Source: Nitrospirota bacterium
GTDB taxonomy: Bacteria > Nitrospirota > Nitrospiria > Nitrospirales > Nitrospiraceae
Assembly (NCBI GenBank): GCA_963703955.1
Contig: CAVPGK010000017.1
Span: 32,001 to 96,000, forward strand
Direction: 5' to 3'
Length of the DNA: 64,000 nt
The notes beneath the pieces are model-generated. The model saw nothing but the letters and a program-made list of their open reading frames with translations. It made no database searches and had not been told where the DNA came from. Below, piece by piece: positions 9,450 through 21,496 of the stretch. Within the stretch, counting starts at the first letter, position 1. Each line of letters starts with the position of its first letter. The position numbers were made by a program, and so were the translations under genes.

Positions 9450-12303
9450 GTGCCCACCCCCGAAGATAAAGCCCGTGAGAAGATCGACGTGGTCTTGGAG
9501 AAAGCTGGCTGGAAGGTACAGGACGCGAAGCAGGCCAATCTTTCAGCGAGCCGAGGAGTCGCCCTGCGTAACTTTACTCTGGCAGGTGGGTATGGGTTTG
9601 CCGACTACCTTCTCTACATCGATGGGAAAGCTGTGGGAGTGATTGAGGCCAAGAAGGAAGGCGTCACGCTGACCGGCGTCGAAATCCAGGCCGCAAAATA
9701 CAGCGAAGGCTTACCGCCGCACCTCCCAGCGACCATTCGCCCCCTGCCGTTTCTCTACCAGAGCACGGGGGTGGAAACTCGATTTACCAATGGCCTCGAT
9801 CCCGCAGCCGCGGAGCCGATCCGTCTTTGCCTTTCATCAGCCCACCACCTTGGCCGGATGGCTCGATCGTGCCGTCGTCGGTGAAGCGCCCGTTCAGCAA
9901 GGGGCAGCCGCCTATCGTGGTCCTCAGTATCGGAGAGTCTCCACGCTCCGAGGTCGCCTCAGACAACTTCCACAGCTAAAGACCGAAGGCCTCTGGCCCG
10001 CGCAGATCACCGCCATCAGGAATCTCGAAAAGTCGCTGGCCGAAGACCGTCCTCGCGCCCTCATCCAGATGGCCACCGGCTCGGGCAAGACCTTCACCGC
10101 CGTCAACTTCATCTACCGGCTCATCAAGTTCGCCGGCGCGCGGCGCGTCCTGTTCCTGGTGGACCGCGGCAACCTCGGCGAGCAGACGCTCAAGGAATTC
10201 CAGCAGTACGTCTCGCCCTACAACAACTTCAAGTTCACCGAGGAGTACATCGTCCAGCGGCTCGACGGGCAACACGCTCGACACCACCGCGCGGGTCTGC
10301 ATCAGCACGATCCAGCGCCTGTACTCCATGCTCAAGGGCCGCGAGCCTGGCCGAGGAGGACGACGAGGCCTCGGTCGAAGGACTGGAGACGGCGTCTTCA
10401 AGGACAGCCCGTGCCCATCGAGTACAACCCGAAGATCCCCATCGAGACCTTCGACTTCATCGTCACCGACGAGTGCCACCGCTCCATCTACAACCTCTGG
10501 GCGCAGGTGCTGGAATACTTCGACGCCTACCTCATCGGCCTCACCGCCACGCCCACCAAGCAGACCTTCGGCTTCTTCCACCAGAACCTGGTCATGGAAT
10601 ACACCCACGAGCAGGCCGTGGCCGACGGCGTGAACGTCAACTACGACGTCTACCGCATCCGCACCGCAGATCACCGAGGCCGGCTCCAAGGTGGACGCCG
10701 GCTACTACGTCGAGAAGCGGGACCGCGAGACCCGCGCCAAGCGCTGGGAGCAGCTCGACGACGACCTCGCCTACGACCCCAACCAGCTCGACCGCGACGT
10801 GGTCGCCCCGGACCAGATCCGCACCGTCGTCACAGCCTTCCGGGACAAGCTCTTCACCGAGATCTTCCCCGGCCGCACCGAGGTGCCCAAGACCCTCATC
10901 TTCGCCAAGGACGACACCCACGCCGACGACATCGTCCAGATCGTCCGCGAGGAGTTCGGCAAGGGCAACGACTTCTGCCAGAAGATCACCTACCGCACCA
11001 CCGGCGCGGACCCCAAGGACGCTGATCAAGACAGTTCCGCAACAGCTACCATGCCCCGCATCGCCGTCACCGTGGACATGATCGCCACCGGCACCGACAT
11101 CAAGCCGCTGGAGATCGTCTTCTTCATGCGCGCGGTCAAGTCCCGCACCTTCTTCGAGCAGATGAAGGGCCGCGGCGTGCGCGTCATCAGCCGGACGACC
11201 TGAAGGCCGTCACCCCCGACGCCACGACCAAAGACCACTTCGTCATCGTGGATGCCGTGGGCGTCTGCGAGACAGGACAAGACCGACTCCCGGCCGCTGG
11301 AGAAGAAGCCCAGTCGGTCACCTTCGAGAAGCTCCTCCAGGCCGTCGCCCTCGGCAACACCGAAGCGGACGTGCTCACCAGCTCGCCGCGCGGCTCGCGC
11401 GCATGGAGCACCGCATGACGAAGGAGGATGAACGAAGATCCGCACGGCGAGCGGCGGCCTCGACACTCAAGGCAGCTCAGCCGCGCCTGATCGAGGCGCT
11501 GAACCCGGACCGCCAGGTGGAGCAGGCCAAGCTCGACCTCGGCATCCCGCCGGACTCGCACGAAGCCGGTCCGCGATCAGGCGGTCAAGGCGGCGGCGAT
11601 CAAGCTCATCCAAGACGCCGTGAAGCCGCTCTGCGATCCGAAGCTCCGCGAACTCCTGGTCGAGATCAAGCGGAAGAACGAGATCACCATCGACCACGTC
11701 AGCCAGGACCAGGTCATCGAAGCCGGCTTCTCCGCCGACGCCCTGGAGCGCGCCCGCGGCATCGTCCAGTCCTTCGAGCAGTTCATCGAGAGAGCACAAG
11801 GACGAGATCACCGCGCTGCAGGTCCTCTACAGCAAGCCCTACAGGCAGCGGCTGAAGTTCGAGGACGTGAAGGATCTGGCCGAACGCATCCAGGCGCCGC
11901 CGTACCTCTGGACCGAATCCCAGCTCTGGCAGGCCTACGCCGCGCTGGAGAAAGACAAGGTCAAAGGCGCCAGCGGCAAGCGCATCCTCACCGACCTCGT
12001 CTCCCTCGTCCGCTTCGCCATGCACCAGGACAACGAGTTGGTCCCGTTCCCCGAGACGCGTCAACGCCAACTTCAACGCCTGGCTCGCGCAGCAAGAGAA
12101 GCCCGCGGAAGCCCTTCACCGAAGAGCAGCGCCGCTGGCTGGAAATGATCCGCGACCACATCGCGGCGAACCTCGGCATCGAGCCGGACGACTTCGAGTA
12201 CGCACCGTTTGCGCGGGAAGGCGGGCTCGGAAAGGTGCATCAATTGTTTGGCGGCGCGCTGGGCTCTATGCTGGAACAGTTTAATGAGGCTTTGGCCGCG
12301 TGA
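9450..12303 (+). CDS. hsdR: Type I restriction endonuclease subunit R (EcoAI/EcoEI-like), many single-base frameshifts
   Basis: ADY..IEAK nuclease motif, MATGSGKT, DECH, GLTATP, MIATGTD, QMKGRG and EcoEI_R_C-like tail spread over several frames. Confidence 0.9.
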
Positions 12304-13735
12304 TGACGCTTGCGGAAATCACAGCCCCGAAAGTTGAACAACGAGGTCCAGCCGGCGACGGCGAATTTACCTATGTCGACATTAGTAGCATCGACAATGC
12401 GTCGAAGCGCATCGTTGAACCGAAACGTCTCCCCGTGGAAAGTGCACCAAGCAGGGCGCGCCAACGGCTACAGGCAGGCGACGTACTTGTGTCAATGACG
12501 CGACCGAATCTCAACGCTGTTGCGTTGGTTCCGAAAGAGCTTAACGGCACTATTGGTTCAACGGGCTTTCATGTGCTGCGGCCGATGGGTGGGATTGAGT
12601 CGCGTTGGTTATGGTATGCGGTTCAGACGAGTACGCTTTATCAAGTCGATGGCACAACTCGTCCAGGGCGCCCTCTTATCCCGCAGTGAGGCCGAAGGAC
12701 ATACGCAGTTTCGAGCTTGAGGTTCCGGAGTACTCTGTCCAGCTTCGCATCGTCGCGGAGATCGAAAAACAGTTCTCCCGCCTCGACGAAGCCGTCGCCA
12801 ACCTCAAGCGCGTCAAGGCCAACCTCAAACGGTACCGCGCCGCCGTCCTCAAAGCCGCCGTCGAAGGCAAACTCACGGTAGAGTGGCGCAAGCAGCATCC
12901 CGACGTTGAACCCGCCAGCAAACTCCTCGAACGCATCCTCGCCGAACGCCGGGCCAAGTGGAGCGGAAAACGGAAATTCGCTGAGCCAGCGGAGCCAGAC
13001 ACGACCGGTTTGCCTGCATTGCGGAATGGTTGGACATACGCGTCCGTGGAACAGCTTGGCATCATTGGCGAGCAAGCTGTTCTTACTGGCCCATTTGGGA
13101 CAAATCTCGGGCGTGAGGATTTTAGGGAAAGTGGTGTACCTGTGATTACTATTTCGTGCCTGAAAGACACTGGCATAGACCTCACCAAGGCAGAGTTTGT
13201 TTCAAAAGAAAAGGCCAGGGAGTTGGATAGGTATCGATTAAACAATGGTGATCTGCTCTTTTCACGAATGGCTGCTGTTGGGCGCGCTGGCATTGTCGGG
13301 GGAGACTTGCGGGGCTCCCTGTTTAATTATCACATCATGCGCCTACGACTAGAACCCACAATATTGATGGCTAAATACTATTTGGCATACGTCAGAGGGT
13401 CAGCCCAGGTAGAGAATTATATTCGTGAAGTTAACCACGGTGCGACGCGCGATGGGATTAACACTGAACAGCTACTCAACATGCCAGTTGCCCTTCCTCC
13501 CTTCGCTGAGCAGGAACGTATTGTCGCCGAAGTCGAGCGCCGCCTGTCCGTGATCGACGAACTCGAGGCCGCTGTCGAAGCCAACCTCATGCGCGCCGAC
13601 CGCCTACGGCAAGCCATCTTGAGCCAAGCTTTTTCGGGAAAGCTGGTGGCCGCTGGGGAAAGAGGTCACGGGAATTTGAAACAAGAGCTTCCTCTGGCTG
13701 CGGAATCTCCGGCTCTGCATGAGAAGACCCGATGA
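12300..13735 (+). CDS. hsdS: Type I R-M specificity subunit S (frameshifted near 12640-12680)
   Basis: Two variable TRDs separated by conserved Q.RIVAEIEKQFSRLDEA and EQERIVAEVERRLS helices. Confidence 0.9.
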
Positions 13736-13833
13736 CAGCTGACGATCGCTACGATGTGTCCGGTCTTCCGGACGCTCAGTTCGAGCCTGGTTCGAACGAC
13801 CAGGTGCTCAAAAACCTCCTGGGCATTATCTCA
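13732..13833 (+). pseudogene. N-terminal remnant of a Fic-family protein
   Basis: DRYD...AQFEPGSNDQVLKNLLGI resembles the Fic N-terminus; no HPFxxGNGR motif follows. Confidence 0.6.
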
Positions 13834-13890
13834 AGACCGGAAAGGAAAGAAAAATGTACCGGGAGTCTTCTTCTACGCGCGTTGTCCCGC

Positions 13891-13970
13891 TTGAAGGTTG
13901 AGATTGAGGTTAAGGCCGAGCGAACGCCCGATCCGCCTTGCTGCCGGCCTCAACCTCAGCCTTGCCTCAA
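13891..13970. repeat. Imperfect palindrome built of GAGGTT/AACCTC-like hexamers (REP-like)
   Basis: TTGAAGGTTGAGATTGAGGTTAAGGCCG ... CGGCCTCAACCTCAGCCTTGCCTCAA. Confidence 0.55.
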
Positions 13971-13991
13971 GCGTGCCGCGTTGCGCGAGCC

Positions 13992-14252
13992 TTACTCGTA
14001 GGCTTCTCGGCGGTGGCGAACAGCCGTAATGTCGATGCGTCGCTCTCTATCGAGAATCGAGTAAATGACTCGATAATCACCGATGCGGATCCGCCATAGG
14101 TGTTTCTCGCCGCTCAATTTGCGAGCACCGTGTGGACGAGGGGCGATGGCAAGAGACTCGATCTTGGGGAGGATGCGGCGAATGATGGATGGGTCGAGCA
14201 CTTCCAACTCCTGGCGCGCTGAGCGGGCGAAGGAGATGGTGTATTCAGCCAC
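13992..14252 (-). CDS. RelE/ParE-family toxin
   Basis: KL.G....WRIRIGDYRVIY...V.HRREAY. Confidence 0.9.
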   Translation of the reverse strand: MAEYTISFARSARQELEVLDPSIIRRILPKIESLAIAPRPHGARKLSGEKHLWRIRIGDYRVIYSILDRERRIDITAVRHRREAYE

Positions 14253-14436
14253 GTAGCTTGCCTAGGCGGCGGAGGCGCTCCCTGACGCCATTCAGAGACT
14301 CTCGCGGTTCACGGGCGCGATTGCGCGCAACGACGCTGTCATAAAAATCTTCCCACAGTTGCCCATGTCGCTTCAGATCAATGAGCACGGCAGTCTTCTG
14401 CCCACGCTTGTTCGTGACGAAATCAATGCCTCTCAT
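14245..14436 (-). CDS. Putative antitoxin partner of the RelE-like toxin
   Basis: 63-aa ORF overlapping the toxin start; F.T...G.KTAVLI motif. Confidence 0.75.
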   Translation of the reverse strand: MRGIDFVTNKRGQKTAVLIDLKRHGQLWEDFYDSVVARNRAREPRESLNGVRERLRRLGKLRG

Positions 14437-14645
14437 GGTGCCTCCGCATCCTCTGGCGTTTTCTTGTCAGAACGTAGCCGCAATCCCTTAAAAATGCAAG
14501 CACCCGAAACCGGGACATTCTCCTTTTCCAGCAACTCCTGCCAGCTATTTAACCCGTTGTCTGGCTCCACGCGATTGTCGCTGCTTCCAAAAATCCGTCC
14601 GCCGAGGTATCCTGCCGCAGCCGTTCCTGAAATAGGCCACGCTCT

Positions 14646-14791
14646 ATGAGTCCCTCCGCCATCGTTCAAAAGCTCTGGAACTACTGCAACGTCCTTCGCG
14701 ACGACGGGATGAGCTATGGCGACTACGTCGAGCAGTTGACGTATTTGCTGTTTCTCAAGATGGCCGACGAGCGCACCCAAGCCACCGTTAC
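14646..14791 (+). pseudogene. hsdM 5' stub copy 1 (~48 codons)
   Basis: MSPSAIVQKLWNYCNVLRDDGMSYGDYVEQLTYLLFLKMADER matches hsdM at 16175. Confidence 0.9.
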
Positions 14792-15052
14792 CATGTCATC
14801 ACTTCCCATGCACGATGGGAACTATCCAGGCGTAGCTTGAGCGAGGACACCATCCGTGCGATACTGACGGCGCCAGAGCAGGCATTCGAACTCCGTCCTG
14901 GACGAATGGTTCTTCAATCAAAGGTTTCCTTCGGACAACCAGCAAAGACGTTTCTCGTTCGCGTGTTCGTGGATATTGATCGATCTCCAGCGGAGGTCGT
15001 GACCGCCTATATGACAAGCAAGATTGCAAAGTACTGGAGGGCAAGTCCATGA
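14789..15052 (+). CDS. DUF4258-like putative toxin; no own ATG, abuts hsdM stub
   Basis: Open frame YHVITSHARWELSRRSLSED...LVRVFVD...VVTAY.TSKI.KYW; paired with DUF2283-like gene. Confidence 0.7.
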   Translation, partial: YHVITSHARWELSRRSLSEDTIRAILTAPEQAFELRPGRMVLQSKVSFGQPAKTFLVRVFVDIDRSPAEVVTAYMTSKIAKYWRASP

Positions 15053-15249
15053 AGGTTTCTTACGATGAGAAGACCGACACGCTGAGCGTGATTCTGAAAG
15101 ACAACACTCCGGTTGCCGAAAGCGACGAGGACAAGCCGGGAATCATCCTGGACTACGATGCAACGGGCAATTTAGTTTCCTTGGAGATCCTCGACGCTTC
15201 AAAACGGGTTACCGAGACGCGCAAGATCGAGTTCCAAACGAAAGGTTAG
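15049..15249 (+). CDS. DUF2283-family putative antitoxin
   Basis: MKVSYD..TDTL...GIILDYD..GNLVSLEILDASKRV. Confidence 0.85.
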   Translation: MKVSYDEKTDTLSVILKDNTPVAESDEDKPGIILDYDATGNLVSLEILDASKRVTETRKIEFQTKG

Positions 15250-15325
15250 AATCGCCTCATTGTGAATCCTCCATTCGTGATAGATTCGGTCTCTTCCCCC
15301 GTCCAGGCGTCGTGATTCAGTCCAT

Positions 15326-15463
15326 ATGAGTCCTTCAGCCATCGTTCAAAAGCTCTGGAACTACTGCAACGTCCTCCGCGACGACAGGATGAGTTACGGC
15401 GACTACATGGAACACGCGATGACCCTCAGCCTGTATGATGACAAGGAGGGTCCTCGTGGATGA
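15326..15463 (+). pseudogene. hsdM 5' stub copy 2 (27 homologous codons, then unrelated tail; stop overlaps next ATG)
   Basis: MSPSAIVQKLWNYCNVLRDDRMSYGDY; ATGA overlap at 15460-15463. Confidence 0.85.
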
Positions 15464-15740
15464 ATATCAGGTTCTATGTTGATCCTGAAACGGACTTGCC
15501 ACACATTTATGGTCACAGGTTGACGAGCGGGAGGTTGAGGATGTATTGAAACAACCGGGGGAGGATAGGCCTGGGCGAGAAGGTTCTCGTGTGGCGATTG
15601 GACAGACCAGGGCAGGCCGATATCTCCGTGTTATTTACGTACCCGATCCAGAACCCGATTCGGTGTTTGTCATTACGGCCTATCAGTTGACCGGCAAACC
15701 TTTGCTGGCATTCCGGCGTCGCAGAAGGAGAAAATCATGA
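15460..15740 (+). CDS. BrnT/DUF4258-like putative toxin (1-nt frameshift near 15517)
   Basis: PHIY.H.V...EVEDVL...GQT.AGRYLRVIY...VFVITAY; AAGGAGG SD. Confidence 0.7.
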
Positions 15741-15937
15741 AACAGAGCAATTTCCCTCCCGGTTGGGATGCAGGGCGAGTCCGTCGGGTCCTCGCGCACT
15801 ATGAAGAGCAGACGGAGGAAGAGGCTGTGGCAGAAGATGAAGCCGCAGCGGAGGACAGGACTCAGACAGTCATGGAAATTCCATGCGAGCTTGTCCCGGC
15901 TGTCAGAGAGCTTATTGCAAAAAGACGAACAGGATAA
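15737..15937 (+). CDS. Putative antitoxin (acidic, 66 aa)
   Basis: ATGA overlap with upstream toxin-like ORF; FPPGWD..RV..VL.HYE.QTEEEAVAEDEAA. Confidence 0.7.
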   Translation: MKQSNFPPGWDAGRVRRVLAHYEEQTEEEAVAEDEAAAEDRTQTVMEIPCELVPAVRELIAKRRTG

Positions 15938-16174
15938 GGTGCGAAAGACCTACAAGCCCAAGCGGCGCTCTTGCGCGCTCTGTAAACCGCACAAAGCTGG
16001 CTGGGCCAAGCGATGGAAACCAAAGGAAGCGGAACGTCGTCGTAGCATGCTCGACGATTGCCGACTGGATAAAGACAGAGTGCCATGATTCCTCTGAGAC
16101 CATTTTCTTCTTGGTTTCTCTTTCAGTCTCCGGACTTCAGCCTCTACCCTGTTCCCTGAATTGGGCCACGCTCT

Positions 16175-17672
<1,498 letters not shown>

Positions 17673-17746
17673 CGGTTCGAAGGTTTCGACACATTCGCTT
17701 TAAACTTCGCCTAGAATGACGAGTCCCGCCTTTGTATACTGCGGCC

Positions 17747-17977
17747 ATGACTCGCCATGCCGAACTCTCCTTCACCAACTCACTCAAGAGCGAACAGCGC
17801 AGAGGGTTCTATGAATGCCACAAGCCTATCGCTGTTCTTATGATCCTTCTCGTTTTCCTGTTCCCAATCCTGGGGGTCTTCGTCATTGGTTTGTCGGGTG
17901 CGGTGCTGGGAGTGGCCGTTTCCGTCTTGGGCTATTACCTGACGCCCTATGCCGTTCTCAAACTGCGTCAAGGGTGA
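17747..17977 (+). CDS. Small 2-TM membrane protein
   Basis: Two hydrophobic segments. Confidence 0.5.
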   Translation: MTRHAELSFTNSLKSEQRRGFYECHKPIAVLMILLVFLFPILGVFVIGLSGAVLGVAVSVLGYYLTPYAVLKLRQG

Positions 17978-18071
17978 GGAAGGGAGTCAGTCGAGGAAAG
18001 GGAATGGTTGGAAAAGGACGAAGGGATCGCGAGGACCTTCCGAAATGAGAATCGGATAGGAGAAAGCGCTC

Positions 18072-18380
18072 ATGATCATGGTCACGCCGGCCGCTCGGGC
18101 ACGTCTGCAACAGTTGCTTCGTGAACACCCTGAGGAGCGGCTCGTGCGGATTATGATCACGGATGAGGATGATACGCGTCTCGCCATGAGTATTACGCTT
18201 GAGAGCGAGCCACAGGCGGACGATGAGGTGCAAGACGTCAGCGGCCTCAGCGTCGCGATCCCTCGGAGCAGTGTTGCTCGGCTGGATGGCGTCACCCTCG
18301 ATTATACCGACAGCGAGAACTTTCAGTTTCACCATCCTAGTCCTGGTATGCGAGAACTACGGGTGATCTCACTCAACTGA
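18072..18380 (+). CDS. HesB/IscA-fold protein lacking the Cys ligands
   Basis: I.VTPAA..RL...LDGVTLDY.D; no Cys in ORF. Confidence 0.65.
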   Translation: MIMVTPAARARLQQLLREHPEERLVRIMITDEDDTRLAMSITLESEPQADDEVQDVSGLSVAIPRSSVARLDGVTLDYTDSENFQFHHPSPGMRELRVISLN

Positions 18381-18570
18381 GCTTCCCTCCCACACCTTGC
18401 TGCTGACCTCAAGCTTCAGAAGACTGTCCGGGTGGGCGTTCAACGACTACAGACGACGCAAGACATGGCATGACGCTGGTGAGGCGAAATATTTGACCGT
18501 CGGGTAGTTCCCGTTATTATCTTTAGAGGCAGACAAAGACGCCGAGCGTTCGAGAAGAGGAGATGAGGAC

Positions 18571-18885
18571 ATGAATGTGCGATCACAGACGTTGAGCTTG
18601 TACGAGACGATCCGACATTTGCTGGGTCAGCACTCCGCGGATCAAGTGCTGCAGGTGATGGAACGTGAACTGAGCCATATGCTGCCGGTGTGGAGTGCGG
18701 AGAGGCCGACGTGTGCGGGCTGGTATTGGTATCAACCCCCGGGCATCGCTGAGCCGAGGTTGATCAATGTGGACAATGGACGAATCGACACCAAGCTCAT
18801 GGCGGATCTCGGTCCGCCCAATAATCTCGTGGACGTGAACCGGATTCCTGGGCAGTGGGCCGGACCGATCGAACCGCCGAAGTAG
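18571..18885 (+). CDS. Hypothetical protein (PT.AGWYWY...WAGPIEPP)
   Basis: GAGGA SD; clean 104-aa ORF. Confidence 0.6.
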   Translation: MNVRSQTLSLYETIRHLLGQHSADQVLQVMERELSHMLPVWSAERPTCAGWYWYQPPGIAEPRLINVDNGRIDTKLMADLGPPNNLVDVNRIPGQWAGPIEPPK

Positions 18886-19136
18886 TCTGGCGTGGCTCTT
18901 TCGCGTGCCCCCGCCTCGCTACAAGTACGTTCTGTTCGCCCGGATACTTTTTATCGCTTCTGCTTTGCTGCTTGTCGGTGCATTGGCTCGGTCCGACCTC
19001 CAGAGCATTGCGATCTCCTTCTCTACGAGTTGCCTCCCAGACCTGCCTCCTTCAGAGCCGTTGACGAATCAGCCACTCGCTAAGGAAGTCAACCCCCAGG
19101 AGTTTGAACGGACTGACCACCGTTCCATGACATTCA

Positions 19137-20012
19137 TTATTCGACGACGGCCTCGCTATGACTCAACGCCCTCTTACCGTCCCTCAAGACCCCCGCCAGC
19201 AAAGAGCTGAACTCCATGGGGACAATGAACTTAGTGGAAGGGCCAGCGCCCATGACCTTTAACGTGTCGAGATATTGCAAGGTCATGGTCTTGGAGTCGA
19301 TTCCCTTGGCCGCGTCGAAAATCTTGCCAAGGACGAGAGCAAAGCCTTCTGCGCGCAAGATCGCGGCTTGTTTATCCCCTTCTGCTTTCAGGATAGCCGA
19401 CTGCTTTTCACCCTCAGCCACCGTCACGGCCGCCTGTTTCGTCCCTTCTGCCTCAGTGACCGTCGCCCGCCGGCTGCGTTCGGCCGACATCTGGCGGGTC
19501 ATGGCCTCTTGAACCTCTTTGGGGGGCGTGATTTCCCGGATCTCGACGGTCGTAATTTTCACTCCCCAGCGTTGCGTGACCTCATCCATTCTCGCCTGCA
19601 AGAGCTGGTTGATCTGTTCGCGTTTGGCCAACACATCGTCAAGCGGAATATCGCCCACGACCGCCCGCAGCGTAGTGGTGGCAATCCCTTGGGAGGCTCC
19701 AGCAAAATCCTGGACCTGTACCACGCTGGCGATTGGATCCAGGACTCGCGAATAGATCAGGAAATCGATGGAAATCGGGGCATTGTCTTTCGTAATACAG
19801 GTCTGGTGGGGGACGATGAGATATATTTCTCGAAGGTCCACGCGAATGGGCCGATCAATCAACGGAATGATCAGGACCAAACCTGGCCCCATGGCCCTTG
19901 GGAGGACTTTGCCGAGCCGGAGGATAACAATGCGCTGATACTCCGGGACGACCTTGATCGTCATGAGCAAGAGGATAACGGTTGCGAGGCCAACTGCCAG
20001 CAGCAGGTACAT
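19137..20012 (-). CDS. SPFH/Band 7 (QmcA-like) protein
   Basis: VPEYQRIVILRLGK, ITKDNA, RQMSAERSRRA, LQYLDTL. Confidence 0.93.
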   Translation of the reverse strand: MYLLLAVGLATVILLLMTIKVVPEYQRIVILRLGKVLPRAMGPGLVLIIPLIDRPIRVDLREIYLIVPHQTCITKDNAPISIDFLIYSRVLDPIASVVQVQDFAGASQGIATTTLRAVVGDIPLDDVLAKREQINQLLQARMDEVTQRWGVKITTVEIREITPPKEVQEAMTRQMSAERSRRATVTEAEGTKQAAVTVAEGEKQSAILKAEGDKQAAILRAEGFALVLGKIFDAAKGIDSKTMTLQYLDTLKVMGAGPSTKFIVPMEFSSLLAGVLRDGKRALSHSEAVVE

Positions 20013-20349
20013 ACTGACCTCCAGTGAGGCGAATTCTCACTTTCAAGGATTCACTAGACAGTATCTTGTGGCCCCCCCCGATCGAGACGGACCACGTGAG
20101 ACCGATTAAGGGATCGGCGTCGATCGTAACGATTTCGCCCTGCGTGCGGCCCGTGCGCTCTTGACCGCACGCCGCGCCACCCGTCGCATCTTCGTCATCA
20201 CTGTCCTTTCATTCCTGCGCTCGCGATTCATTTCTGCTTCCTCCCACTTGAGCTCTCCATTGCTGAGGCCGTAAGCTAATCGCCAAAGGCCTCTTCAGCT
20301 CGACACCGCTTGTCGTTCGTGGCGCCTTTGGGTTCCATGGATTTGTTCT

Positions 20350-20455
20350 TGTCGTCATCTAGGCAGCCTGATCGCATCCTCCGCTAGTACCGAGCTTGTG
20401 GATATTCACCGGTTGGAGATCAGCTCCTGCACGATTGTCGGTATTCTTGATCTTG
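20350..20455 (-). pseudogene. iscU 3' remnant
   Basis: Degenerate KNTD.VQEL..PV.IH.SVLAEDAI match to 45850-45950. Confidence 0.6.
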
Positions 20456-20509
20456 CCCGCCGGCATCTATGATCTTCCGGCTTGCAGACGAATGGCAGAC
20501 GTACTGCGA

Positions 20510-20731
20510 TCACAGCCAAACCGCTGGCTTACGTCGCCGTTGTTCTGGATATTTATGCAAGTTCCGTTGCCGGTGGACCTGTGGATTGGGAGTAAAGTGA
20601 TGCGCTTTGATTTGGTTATCGACTACATTCCCGCAGCACATGCACCGCCATGCCTTCAGCCACGGTCCTCCACCCTCCATATCGATATAGTGGTCCATCA
20701 CCATGAGACCGTAACAGCGTTCGCAGCGCAT
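20510..20731 (-). CDS. Small zinc-ribbon protein, member 2
   Basis: MRCERCYGLMV...WRCMCCGNVVD; AGGAGG SD. Confidence 0.8.
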   Translation of the reverse strand: MRCERCYGLMVMDHYIDMEGGGPWLKAWRCMCCGNVVDNQIKAHHFTPNPQVHRQRNLHKYPEQRRRKPAVWL

Positions 20732-20853
20732 CCTCGTTCCTCCTTTGGCTTATCTTGTCAGAAAGACGTGGACGAGCAAGAGCTCTTCTGGGCAAATACA
20801 GCAGCCCTCGGGTGCAAAGGCGGTCAAAACCCCTTGAGATTGTGATGACGTCG

Positions 20854-20934
20854 GAAGCAGCGGAGACCCGAGAATCAGACGCGCAGGAAGATGAGCGCGA
20901 GAGATAGGAAAGTCGGCGTGGCTTCGAACGTCAT
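20854..20934 (-). ncRNA. Structured 5'-leader motif copy 2 (mini-ORF stop lost)
   Basis: GAAGC/GCTTC, GACTT/GGGTC, CGCGC/GCGCG stems. Confidence 0.6.
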
Positions 20935-21086
20935 GGTGTCATGCTTCGCTTCATTGGGGACGCCGAGACGTGTCAGTGCCCCCATGTTGAAACGCTGTCT
21001 TCCATGTGTATTTTCTACATCGGCAGTAGGAGTACATGGGGGAGGACTCCTACTCGGCATCCGTCGTGCAATGTTACGTTGGTTCG

Positions 21087-21130
21087 ATGCTATGCCTCCG
21101 GAGGGAAGGAGTCTGGTCAAAATTGCTCAG
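21087..21130 (-). promoter_or_regulatory. Crp-type box A + -10 (TAGCAT)
   Basis: CTGAGCAATTTTGACCAG (21130-21113), 20 nt, TAGCAT. Confidence 0.8.
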
Positions 21131-21274
21131 TTTTGAAGATGAGAGGCAGGCAGTGTCTCATGACTGACCTACGGAGAGCTGACCAAGGTTTGTTGATCAT
21201 TCAAGTCTCTTCAATAGCTTGCCTCCATGCTCGCACCATCTTCGCGTCAACCCCTTGGAGACTGGGAAATCGGT

Positions 21275-21496
21275 CTAGCGCTGCAAAGCCATGACCTCAC
21301 CAGGTCTCCTGACAGTGACCCCTCGATCGTCCACCATGAGGCGCAATTGACCTTTCCGGCTCAGATGATCCAATTCGCGGAAGATCTGACTCCACGTTAA
21401 ATCTGGAAAATGGGATACCAACTCCTCAATCCGACAATCAGGCGCCTTCGCTACCGCTTCGATGATCCGATCAGTAAGAGCAGACTCCGATTGCAT
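21275..21496 (-). CDS. Small putative winged-helix protein (paralog of 44328-44636)
   Basis: DRI.E.V..APDC....LV...P...W.....E...LS..GQ shared by both; GGAGG SD. Confidence 0.7.
   Translation of the reverse strand: MQSESALTDRIIEAVAKAPDCRIEELVSHFPDLTWSQIFRELDHLSRKGQLRLMVDDRGVTVRRPGEVMALQR

Larger units (their letters stand above)
20095..21140. repeat. ~1-kb diverged inverted paralog of ~48980-50030
   Basis: Same order: Crp-type box, leader motif, Zn-ribbon gene, iscU remnant, tail. Confidence 0.85.

Noticed and set aside
21113..21130. Canonical FNR/CRP site, or TTGACC as the sigma70 -35
   Set aside because: Does not match TTGAT-N4-ATCAA or TGTGA-N6-TCACA; TTGACC is 22 nt from the -10, too far
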